This document shows, one piece after another, positions 40,287-49,366 of a DNA stretch of 59,071 bases. Source of the stretch: a virus (Duplodnaviria; Caudoviricetes); the IMG/VR virus record IMGVR_UViG_3300048589_000569, positions 1 to 59,071 of that record. One strand, written 5' to 3'. How positions within the stretch are numbered: position 1 is the stretch's first letter; each line of letters opens with the position of its first letter. Both the position numbers and the translations under genes were made by a program. The notes beneath the pieces are model-generated. The model was given only the letters and a program-made list of their open reading frames with translations. It searched no databases and had not been told where the DNA came from.

Positions 40287-43200
40287 CGTTTCTTTTCCGA
40301 CAACTCGTACTCAATCGGCACTTCGTTGCCGTAGTGAGTCTGCACTTTCGACCAATAGTCGTTCTTCTGCACCTCAACCACACAATCATGGAAGAGGTCT
40401 TTGACTGCCTGCTCCTCCCCCGGATACACGTCAATGCCCACACAGTCGTAGATGTTGAGGACTTGGAGGGACCGGAGTTTCCTTTCCCGAAGGAGGTGGC
40501 GAACGTGGTGCTGAATGTTGAGGAGGGTGAGGGCGGCGGTCGATTGGACGGGGAAGTTGACGACTGTAGACTTGACTTTCTCGATGTCCATCGCGTGGCC
40601 AGGAAACCACCGACTCACCCCGACGAAGGGCAACTCGAGAATGTTCTTGGTCTTCGCCTCCATCAACAGTTGGGCCTGCCAATCCATGAGACGGGGACGA
40701 ACCTTGTGGCGGGAGTTGGCCACCCCCTCAAAGAAGGAGAGGGGCAGGTCTATGCCCAACTTTCCCATGACAGTGTCTCGCATGGTTCCGGGCGAGGAGA
40801 GGAAGAGGTCGGCGAAGTTGATGGTGTTGTGGGTCAGGAGGTAGTCGCGGGTGGCATACAAACGGTCGCCAGCATCTACAGAGATGCAAACGCATTCTGA
40901 CTCACCCGCTGGTTCGATTCCCACGATCTTTCTGAACATTCTGAAGGGAGACCACCTATCGGCTTTCCTCTTCAAATGGAAGCAATTCATTGGAGTCCTA
41001 ATGGTCACACACCAAGCAAAGCCTTCCTTTTTCACCCCTCGATAAGTGTGAGAGGTTGGACGCTTGCGGACTTTTGCGACTCCGCCCAGACTACGGACTA
41101 GTTCGCAAACATCTAAGGCGAGTTGCTTAGAAACAGTCGTGTAGGAGGCAGATCCTCGTGGGGTGATAGTTCCGTCTGTATCCATGAGCCCCCGAAGGAG
41201 ATCTACCCGTTGGGGGACGCTAGCAGCCAAGTATCTCAAGGGGATTCTTTTAGAGTGGGCGTTCTTTCCCCAGCAATCCAACGAACCCAAAGCACCCTTC
41301 AAAGGGTTGATTTTGGTTCTGCCCCGTGTCCCCATCGAGAAACAGACGGCGTGACGAAACTTCCGTTCGATCACTAACCCCCAACCATCCAATTCCTCGG
41401 CGATACGTTCAACGATTTCGTTGTCCTTTTCATCGTTGACAAGGATGGGTGTCCCACAAGTTATAGATCCGTCACCCAAAAAGGCTCCTAACGTGTACGG
41501 CGGGATGTCCAGATCCAACTCAGAGGTCTCGAAGGGCTGCCCTACGGGAATCTCGTATCGCCAACCCTTTTGCCACGAAAGATCGCGAGTTCTGAGGGTG
41601 TCCAACGAGATCACCTCTTCCTTGCCTTGTGTGTCAGTTACCTTCCAAAGGTGTTCACCACAGCAGCGAGTCCACGACCCGTCGTAGAAGGAGATCTTGT
41701 AGATTGGTTTAACCCCTTGCGGGTAAATTCCAGTAACGGATGTGATCCCGTTTGACCCGTAGATCTTGTCACCCACCTTCAAACTACCGATAGTCTTCGG
41801 CCCTTCTGGGGTCATGACAGGTTCATCAACAGGCTGCGCCTTCCCGACCTGTCTGTACTGCGACTTGAAGTAGGGGTCCCTAACGATGTCCTCGCCGAAC
41901 ATCTGGATGGTTCGTTGGGTGTGGAGGTCGCCTCCCCTTTGGTAGTTCTCGATGAGGGAGGGTTCGCCGGAGAGAAGACCGGCGACGCGGAGTTCGATCT
42001 GCGAGAGGTCGAACATGAACATCGAGCCTCCCAACCACCGGGACGTGATGGTCGACTTGATGGAGTAGGGGAGAGTTTGGATGGCCGGACCCTTGCAGGT
42101 GATGCGGGCCTGCAACGTACCGCCTTCGGAGCCTTCGCCGTCCTTGATGGCGCCTGGGATGGGGTACCACGTGGGGTAGGCGATCGTGGCCACCTCACCG
42201 TCGACGCGGATGGGGATGAGACGGGAGGCCTGCTTCTTCTCGTTCTTGGGAGAGTGACGAAGGAGGGGGAAGGTGTAGGAGGAGACCAACTTCGACGCCT
42301 TTTGGTACAGGTCGAAGTAGTGAGTCAACTTCTCCAGTCGGTGGCCTTCGGGGAGGAGGGTAGAGAGGTAGTTGCGGTTGGCGTCCTTTGCGGACACCTT
42401 CTTCGCCGCCTCCGTCAATTCCACCTGCCCCCCATTGAAGTCCGGATGGGTTTTAGCGACCGCGAGGAGTTTGGCCATGAAGCGGTCTTTCGAGCGGACG
42501 GAACCCTTGCCTTCGAGGAGGAGGCCCATCCGTCGGGCTCGTTTGCGGGCCCACTTCATCTGGCGGAGATTCATGAACTCAATGCGTTCGATGGAGGGGG
42601 CGTCCATGGCGATGCCGTTGAGGGCCATGTCCACACAAGTCCAGATGGTGTCGGCGTAGAAGGAGAGGCAGTAAGGGGAAAGTTTGTCGGTATCTGGGCG
42701 GGACTCGAGACGACCGGCCAATTTCGCGAGGGCGAGAACGGTGGCCTCAGTGTCGAGGGCGTTGTACTCGATGATTTCAGGGTCGTTGGGTGAGTAGAAC
42801 TTCCCGTCCTTGATCGTTCGGTGGTACGAATGGGTGCCCAACAACGGGCCCAGATCCTTCAACGACCTCTCCTCTCTCGCCTCATTCTCCAGATAGTTCA
42901 CCACAGACAGGTCGACCAGTTGGACCTCGCGGTCGCTTGAAATCATTTTGGCGTAGTGAAGGTAGAGGAGGTCGAACTGGAGGTAGTGGCCGATGAGGAG
43001 GGTGGCGTGAGAGAGCCACGCTTTGAGCATGGAGAGGTGGGAGAGGTTGCGAGGTTTGAAGACGAGGGTGGTGATGGGGGAGAGGGAGGAGAGGGAGGAC
43101 GGCATCTCGCAGAGGGTGATGGAGACGGTTTGGATGAGATCGCGAGGGTTGACGGAGTCGGTGAAGATGGAACGGGCCGGATGGAAGACCGTTTGGTCGG

Positions 43201-43939
43201 GCAGTTCTTGGTTGAAGATGGTCTTGCGACAGGCGCCGTAGGTTTCGATGTCGACGCAGAGGATGGAGGAGTCGGAGGGGAGGGGGAAGCGAGGGCGGGA
43301 GATGGAGGGGTCGTGAGAGGGGGAGGAGCCGTTCTCGATGGTGTCGATGAGACGGGTTAGGTGTTCGGTGACGGCGTGGAGGGCGGCTGGCTTGTTCCAA
43401 GGGGCGAGGTAGGCGGGGTTGTAGGTGGAGAAGACTCGCCAGGGGGAGCCGCCGAAGGAGACTTCTTGGCCTTGGAGTTTGAAGGCGTCGGTGGTGGATG
43501 AGTTGAGGATTTGGCGGGCGGGGGTGCCGCCGGTGAGGAGGAGGAATAGGGGGGAGTTGGGGTGTGCCTTCTCGATGGAGAGGAGGTCGGCGGTGAGGTG
43601 GGCGAGGCAGGCGGTCAGTTCGTTCTTGCGGAAGGCGGGATTGCGGACGCCCACGGGGAAGCAGCGGATGGAGTTGGTGAGGTAGATGTGGGAGAGGGAG
43701 GAGAGGCCCGAGCCGTTGAGGTAGACGTTCTTGAGGTATTCGCCGGTTGAGCCGATGAAGGGTCGGGCGTTTGCGTCTTCCTCGAAGGATGGGTGGCTTC
43801 CCACGACCACGACCACCGGGGCCCGATGGTCGGGGTGGGTGTGGAAGGGAATGGTGGCGAGGCCCCGATTCTTGCAGCCGAGCAGGTGGAGGTTGCAGTC
43901 GGTGCAGTCAGGACGGGATGGGAGGATTGGCAGTTCCAT
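40283..43939 (-). CDS. polA: family A DNA polymerase with N-terminal UDG-like domain, 3'-5' exonuclease and intein
   Basis: CTDCNLH...PFIGSTG...LTNSIRC...TYNPAY (family 4 UDG-like); VDIET/FDL/YNALD (exo); motif A DLSQIELR; motif B RQVGK|TINF; NFPVQSTAA. Confidence 0.92.
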   Translation of the reverse strand: MELPILPSRPDCTDCNLHLLGCKNRGLATIPFHTHPDHRAPVVVVVGSHPSFEEDANARPFIGSTGEYLKNVYLNGSGLSSLSHIYLTNSIRCFPVGVRNPAFRKNELTACLAHLTADLLSIEKAHPNSPLFLLLTGGTPARQILNSSTTDAFKLQGQEVSFGGSPWRVFSTYNPAYLAPWNKPAALHAVTEHLTRLIDTIENGSSPSHDPSISRPRFPLPSDSSILCVDIETYGACRKTIFNQELPDQTVFHPARSIFTDSVNPRDLIQTVSITLCEMPSSLSSLSPITTLVFKPRNLSHLSMLKAWLSHATLLIGHYLQFDLLYLHYAKMISSDREVQLVDLSVVNYLENEAREERSLKDLGPLLGTHSYHRTIKDGKFYSPNDPEIIEYNALDTEATVLALAKLAGRLESRPDTDKLSPYCLSFYADTIWTCVDMALNGIAMDAPSIERIEFMNLRQMKWARKRARRMGLLLEGKGSVRSKDRFMAKLLAVAKTHPDFNGGQVELTEAAKKVSAKDANRNYLSTLLPEGHRLEKLTHYFDLYQKASKLVSSYTFPLLRHSPKNEKKQASRLIPIRVDGEVATIAYPTWYPIPGAIKDGEGSEGGTLQARITCKGPAIQTLPYSIKSTITSRWLGGSMFMFDLSQIELRVAGLLSGEPSLIENYQRGGDLHTQRTIQMFGEDIVRDPYFKSQYRQVGKAQPVDEPVMTPEGPKTIGSLKVGDKIYGSNGITSVTGIYPQGVKPIYKISFYDGSWTRCCGEHLWKVTDTQGKEEVISLDTLRTRDLSWQKGWRYEIPVGQPFETSELDLDIPPYTLGAFLGDGSITCGTPILVNDEKDNEIVERIAEELDGWGLVIERKFRHAVCFSMGTRGRTKINPLKGALGSLDCWGKNAHSKRIPLRYLAASVPQRVDLLRGLMDTDGTITPRGSASYTTVSKQLALDVCELVRSLGGVAKVRKRPTSHTYRGVKKEGFAWCVTIRTPMNCFHLKRKADRWSPFRMFRKIVGIEPAGESECVCISVDAGDRLYATRDYLLTHNTINFADLFLSSPGTMRDTVMGKLGIDLPLSFFEGVANSRHKVRPRLMDWQAQLLMEAKTKNILELPFVGVSRWFPGHAMDIEKVKSTVVNFPVQSTAALTLLNIQHHVRHLLRERKLRSLQVLNIYDCVGIDVYPGEEQAVKDLFHDCVVEVQKNDYWSKVQTHYGNEVPIEYELSEKKR
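40826..41839 (-). mobile_element. class 3-type intein (338 aa) with LAGLIDADG endonuclease, in Pol motif B
   Basis: AQPVDEPVMTPEG...CCGEHLW...LGAFLGDGS...LRGLMDTDG...CVCISV...LTHN|T; lower GC than the flanks. Confidence 0.9.
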
Positions 43940-44660
43940 AATTGGCTGTCAGTGCCTTCCATGAGACGGGGAAGTGGGGGTCGATGAGGTCGCAGAGGGC
44001 GGAGGCGTACTCACGAATCTCCAGTTGGGCGTGGGTAGAGGAGCGGAGGTGGTGGATTCGGGCGAGAGCGGCGAGGGATGCGGTGGTGCGAAACTCAGTG
44101 AACATGGATTGGGGAAGGACCATGCGGGCCTGCTCTGGACAGACACCCAACTCCAGCAGCCGTTCGTACGTCTCAATCGCCTTTAAAGTGGCGGATAAAT
44201 AGGCAGTGGATGCTCTATCGCCCCCAGACTGTAGGCGGTCGCCGGAGCCCTGTTTGATGGAGCCATCGGGTCGGGCACGCCAGAAGGAGGGAATGTGAAT
44301 GTCGGGTGTTTCGTCGACGTAGCGACGGGAGACTTCGTTGATGACGACGCCTACTTGGTGCTTGAACCACTGACGGGCCACGAAGAGAGGCATCTTGATG
44401 TGGAGGTGAGCGCCGACTTGAGCGAATGGAGTCCAGTGGTTGTGGCGAGCGAGGTACTGGATCAGTCGAGCGTCTGAGTCCTTGAGTCGCTTCTCTGTGG
44501 TGTCGCCGTCGCTGATGGTGTCGGGTTCGATGCGGATTTCGTCCCACTCGGATTCTTTGAGGAAGGAGACGCGGGCCGCGTTGACCACATCGAGGTCTGT
44601 ACCATCGACGCGGATGAGTCGGATGAAACCTTGGTCGAGAACAACATGGGGGTCATGCAA
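43908..44660 (-). CDS. thyX: FAD-dependent thymidylate synthase (start uncertain)
   Basis: VVNAARVSF, HWTPF, PLFVARQWFKH, NEVSRRY, EQARMVLPQS, HAQLEIR. Confidence 0.93.
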   Translation of the reverse strand: MHDPHVVLDQGFIRLIRVDGTDLDVVNAARVSFLKESEWDEIRIEPDTISDGDTTEKRLKDSDARLIQYLARHNHWTPFAQVGAHLHIKMPLFVARQWFKHQVGVVINEVSRRYVDETPDIHIPSFWRARPDGSIKQGSGDRLQSGGDRASTAYLSATLKAIETYERLLELGVCPEQARMVLPQSMFTEFRTTASLAALARIHHLRSSTHAQLEIREYASALCDLIDPHFPVSWKALTANYGTANPPIPS

Positions 44661-45267
44661 GGGGGGTCTCCGTGGGGGGGATGGAGCGTGAGCCTCGACC
44701 ACCAAGAAGGTGGGCTGTTTTGCGGGAGTGTTGGGTGTGGGAGATGACGGGAGTGTAGGGTGGGTTGGGGGGGTTGTTGACGATGTGGCAGTAGGAGGGG
44801 GGGAGGAGGATGGTGGAGAGGTTGGGAAAGGAGCCGATGGCGGACTGGAGGTTGGACTGGTCCCAGGTGCGGGGGTGGCGGGAGCAGACGTAGTTCCAGT
44901 GTTCAAGGAGACGGAGGGAAGTGGGGGTGGGAGAGAAGAAGAGGGTGCCAGAGAGGAGTTCTTGGCGAGTGGATCGCTGGAGATAGCGACAGGCAAAGTC
45001 GCACTCAAGAGAGTTGAAGAGGTGGGGGAAGGAGTTGAAGCGAGCGTCCGCGTCTACCCATACGACGGGCACGTTTGAGATGTGGATCACCTCGAGGATG
45101 TGGAGAGGTTTGTGGTTGGTGGCCTCAGTCCACGACTTGAATTCGTTGGGGAGGCGGAGGGCTTCGACGGTGAGGCCCACGGAGGCGGCGGAGGCGAGCA
45201 TCTCATCGAGGGTGGCGTGGTAGAGGGGGGTGGCGAAGGTGACGACTCGGAAGTCTTGAACGGTCAT
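44653..45267 (-). CDS. nucleotide-diphospho-sugar transferase (GT-A fold)
   Basis: KP, VWVDADA (DxD), LSGTLFF, WDQSNL, LPPSYC. Confidence 0.75.
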   Translation of the reverse strand: MTVQDFRVVTFATPLYHATLDEMLASAASVGLTVEALRLPNEFKSWTEATNHKPLHILEVIHISNVPVVWVDADARFNSFPHLFNSLECDFACRYLQRSTRQELLSGTLFFSPTPTSLRLLEHWNYVCSRHPRTWDQSNLQSAIGSFPNLSTILLPPSYCHIVNNPPNPPYTPVISHTQHSRKTAHLLGGRGSRSIPPTETPLA

Positions 45268-45929
45268 TGGAAAGGCAGTCCTTTGCGTGAACGGGTTTCG
45301 TAAAGAAGACGATCGTGTTTGTGGGCTTCGCCTCCTCCGGAAGGTTTCTGGCCACCGTTGCGAGTCCAGTGGTCATGGTATTGGGTGTACTCGGGGGCTT
45401 CCCAATAGACGCCTTTGGAGCGAGCGAGATCGGCGAGTTCACGGTCGGCGTAGTAGTGGTGGTAGCCGGAGTGGAGAGGGCCGTGGCGTCGGACGAATTC
45501 GGCGCCCACCCATGCGGAGACGGCGGCTCGTCCTGTGTCGCCGTAGGGGTCGCCGGTGGGCTGCATCACTCCGTAGAGGTCAGGGAAGCGTTTGAGGAAG
45601 GAGGCGGCGATTTCGGACGCAGGGTGGGACGGGTCAGGGGAGATATCGTCGCCACCGATCACGCAGATGGAGACGCCAGAGGCGACGGCGGCTTGGCAGA
45701 GATAGTTGGTGACAGTGGGCCAGCCGGACCACTGTTCCTTCGAGTACGTAGGCATCCACGATCCGTAAGGATTTATGTTTAGTGTCCGGAGAGGCCAAAA
45801 TCCCTCCCAACCTCTAGGGTCTCTCATGTCGAACCATGTCCAGAGTTCGTAACCGGCGTCATGCCAGAGAGGGGCCGATTGGAGGTAGCGGTCGGGGTGG
45901 CAGGTGGGGATGCAGAGGGCGACTCGCAT
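45264..45929 (-). CDS. family 2-like glycosyltransferase
   Basis: VALCIPT, GGDDISP, YHHYYADREL. Confidence 0.7.
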   Translation of the reverse strand: MRVALCIPTCHPDRYLQSAPLWHDAGYELWTWFDMRDPRGWEGFWPLRTLNINPYGSWMPTYSKEQWSGWPTVTNYLCQAAVASGVSICVIGGDDISPDPSHPASEIAASFLKRFPDLYGVMQPTGDPYGDTGRAAVSAWVGAEFVRRHGPLHSGYHHYYADRELADLARSKGVYWEAPEYTQYHDHWTRNGGQKPSGGGEAHKHDRLLYETRSRKGLPFQ

Positions 45930-46079
45930 TTAGTCTTCCTTTGGGAAGAGGAGGCACCAGATGATGCCCATGAATGGAGAGGCGAGGAGAGAAAGAACGA
46001 GGATTGTAAGGAGGAGTTGAAGGTTGGACATCACCAAAGCAATGCCCACCACCGCAAGGAACCCTTTGACGAAGGACAT
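45930..46079 (-). CDS. small two-TM membrane protein (49 aa; below ORF-track cutoff)
   Basis: Translated by hand: MSFVKGFLAVVGIALVMSNLQLLLTILVLSLLASPFMGIIWCLLFPKED; stop abuts the GT start. Confidence 0.6.
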   Translation of the reverse strand: MSFVKGFLAVVGIALVMSNLQLLLTILVLSLLASPFMGIIWCLLFPKED

Positions 46080-46266
46080 CCCTCATCATAGTCCCCCCCA
46101 GCCCTTTGTCTATCACCCTTCCCCCACGATCGGGCGCCAGAACGCATACACTTCGGCGGCGGATTTCATCGTCTCACCTTCCTCCAGATTCGCCGGGTGA
46201 GCGGGATCGCGGTCGCCCGGATGATGCGAACAGTGTCGGCCTGTTTGCGGAGCAGGGATCGGAGGG

Positions 46267-47868
46267 TCATGCTCCCTCCTTCACCGCTTCGGCGAGCGCG
46301 AGGCAGATGGCGCGGGGGAGGGTGTCGGCGGATGCCCCGCCGTAATACTCCAGCCTGGACGTGTACGCGTCTTCGCTAAAGATGGAACCGATCGGTCGAT
46401 CAATCCCAGACAGCAGCGTGACCAAGAACTTGGGCCCGTTGCAAGGAGTCCCGATTGAATAGCACGCCTTGCCCCGACCACCATTCTGCTCGATCCACGC
46501 CTCCAGCGCCGCGAACGCCGCGTTGAGGTCGGTGAGTACTTTCGGCGCTTGGTCCGGATCAATGATCGCAGACCATGTAAGGGCCTCGCCCTTCTTTGGC
46601 GTGCCGAACATGCGAAGGTTGGGGTAGTAGGTGTAGTTGAGCACCTTCGTCAGGATCAGCACGCGGAGGTCAGTGTCGGTCATCGCAATGTCTCCTGCAC
46701 GAGCCGGGCGTGGAGGTTTATCAGGTCGGATTTGGAACCAACGTCGAGACAACCCTTGAGTTTGATGCAGTCGAGATTGCATCGAGCCAAATTCGCGCAC
46801 GCATCAATCGTCGCCAGCCGGTTGAGTTCGTCGGCGATGTCGTCGTCGAGAGCGGTATCCCAGACGGATCGGTAGTACGGCTCGCCCTCGACGGGCTCGA
46901 TGTATTTCAGCATCGGATGCACGCACGGCCACTTCACGGGGTCCAAAGGATTCGGCCCGTTTCCTTTCAATCCGGCGTTGCGGTTGAAAGGTTCGTTTCC
47001 ATCAGGCATTGCGTTGCTCCTTGTGGCGGGCGGCGATGAGGGCGGGCATGGTCTGTATGGCAATGCGGGTGTAGTCGAGCGCATCGCATGGTCCGAGGTC
47101 GTCTGCGTTGGCGACGTACTTCTCCAACCTCTCCATCTGCTCTGCGGTGAGTTCAGGCGTCGGCATGGGTGTCCTTTCCGTCGATGGCGCGCAGACTGCG
47201 TACATACTCCTCAGAGGTCATGCCGCCGGGGGTGCGAAGGTTCTTGGCGTGCAACTCGTCAATCGAGATTGGCTTGGGCGCGATCAACTCCAACGCCTCG
47301 ACGCGACATTGCAGTTCATCACGTTCCGCCTTCAACTCCGCGATGTGGGAGAGGAGGTCGGGGAGGGCGTTGACGGTCTCGCACATGAGAATGCGAGAGA
47401 CATCATCAACGTCTCCGCCCAACCAAACTGGCTCGCGACCATCGTAGTTCGAGATGGGTTCAATGCCCCCTCGCTCATCCTCGTGGGCCTGATAGTCGAT
47501 ATACGGCCCGCAGCACCCGATATCCGTTCTCCACGGGAGCGGCGGGGCTTTCGCCAGCAACTCCCGCAACTGCTCCTCGGTCATGCCGCCGTACGTCGTG
47601 GGGGTCATTGGGTGGGCTCCTCTGCGCCGTTTACAGCATTGAGCACTTCGTTGGCGGCGATCTCAAAGTCAGGCCACGCCTCAGAAACCGCCCACACGCT
47701 GGTGCCCTTACAAAACTTCAGCCACGCAGTCGCGAAGTTCTTGGCTGATTCGATAATCCGCTCATTGCGACTGGCTGGCGGGAAAACGCTGATCGCTCGC
47801 GGATCATCTTGCAACCGCTCGGTCTTGATCTTTCGCATCCGTTCGTAGTACTCGTGCTCATCGCTCAT
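46267..47868 (-). other. block of five small coupled hypothetical genes of foreign composition (46267-46683, 46680-47009, 47002-47166, 47153-47608, 47605-47868)
   Basis: Overlapping stops and starts, GGAG RBSs; the strong G/C strand skew is absent here. Confidence 0.6.
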
Positions 47869-47927
47869 CGCTTTCTCCTTGCTGCCGCGAGCAACGCGGC
47901 GAGTGGGTAAGAAGGCACGGAAACTCC

Positions 47928-48790
47928 TTAGAGGATGATGACGGAGTGGTGGGACTTGAGGTCTTTCTTGGAGTTGGTCCAATCGGGAACGGTTTGACGA
48001 TGGACGTTGGTATAGGCGTGAGAGAGGCGGGGGTGGGGGGGTTCGAGGTACTCGCCTCCCGGTGCGTCGGTATAGGCGACGAGGTAGACGGGGGTGTCGT
48101 CGGGGAAGTTGGCGAGTAATGCGATAAGTTGGGCTTTCGTCATGACGGGGGATTCCTGTGAATCGAGAGTTGAGGTGGGGGGAAAGTAACCCGGTTCACC
48201 ACCTCCGAAGCGGCGGCTTAGGTAGGAGGAGAGACGATCTTCTAAGGCTTCTAGTTCGACGATTGTTGGCGGTTGCGGCGGAGGATCAGGATCATCGAAG
48301 AAAACAGGAATAGAGATACGGGACCAACGGAGGGAATGGGGGAGTGGGAGTGCTTGGAGATTGAGGGGGGGAGGGGGAGAACTGGGATCAACTCGTGGGA
48401 GCGATGAGTCAGGGCCGATCCAATCCTCTCGTGGGAGAGGGAGACAGGACCGATTTCTTGATTCGATCGGTTCGATACGATGCTGTCCACCCAGAACGTA
48501 GTGGTGTGTGGGATTAGCATGGGTCATGTAGACTCCGTTGGGGGGGCGATGGGTGTGGGGTGGATGAGGAGTTCGAGGTCCTCGCACGAGTCGACAATGA
48601 AGTGCTGGCCGGAGACGTGAACGAAGGTTTGGTAGATGTCGGCTTTCAGGTCCGGGTCGTAGTAGAGGTGGAAGGAGTCAGCCTTCACCGGGAACCGAGC
48701 ATTGATGAATGCCGGTGCGACGGGGAGGTAAATCTTGCAGTGGAAAGATTCGTCGCTGGAAAAGTCGGAAGGTTGACGGGACCAGAACAT
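47928..48790 (-). other. small hypothetical genes (47928-48143/48527, 48524-48790)
   Basis: MTKAQLIALLANFPDDTPV is a common small phage-protein start; coupled ORFs. Confidence 0.5.
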
Positions 48791-49366
48791 TTATCGGTGA
48801 TCTCCGTCGCCAGTGAGGGTGCCTCGTTGCTGGCGTGAGTTGAGTTTCTGGAGGTTGCGATTGCCGATCTCATCGAAGTGCTGAGAACCGATGGTTTCAC
48901 AGAAGATTTGGTAGGCTTCGAGAGTGGTGAGGTAGATCTTGCGAAGTCGATCGGGTGTGATGCCTTCGTCGCCTGGGCGAAGAGGCTTCTTGATGATGTT
49001 GCAGAGACGTGAAGCGACCGCGAGGCAGTCCTTCATGTCGGAGCGGAAGTTGAGGGAGCGGTGGGTGGTGAGGCCTTCGAAGAGGGAAGTGGGGTCGTCG
49101 GTAGTCTTGAAGTAGAGGAGGAGAAGGGAGAAGTACCAACGGCAGTCGCCCGCCTCGTCGTATGAGTCGGCGACGGTGAGTGGGGCGTCGCCAGCGAGGA
49201 GTTCGGCCAACTCACCGACAAGGCCGAGGATGAAGTAGTCGAGACGGTTGAGGGGGAGGAGGGCGGTGAGGACGGCTTGCTGTTGATAGTCGGAAGGGTA
49301 GTCGGAGCAGATGGGGGTGATGGGGGGTTGGTCAGGAAAGGAGATGTGAGGGGTCTGTGTCGTCAT
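48791..49366 (-). CDS. MazG-like nucleotide pyrophosphohydrolase
   Basis: LGLVGELAEL, DEAGDCRWY, NLQKLNSRQQRGTLTGDGDHR. Confidence 0.8.
   Translation of the reverse strand: MTTQTPHISFPDQPPITPICSDYPSDYQQQAVLTALLPLNRLDYFILGLVGELAELLAGDAPLTVADSYDEAGDCRWYFSLLLLYFKTTDDPTSLFEGLTTHRSLNFRSDMKDCLAVASRLCNIIKKPLRPGDEGITPDRLRKIYLTTLEAYQIFCETIGSQHFDEIGNRNLQKLNSRQQRGTLTGDGDHR

Noticed and set aside
44661-45008. Long Pro/Ser/Thr N-terminal extension on ThyX
   Set aside because: It is an alternative-frame read of the upstream glycosyltransferase; ThyX homology begins at about 44650.
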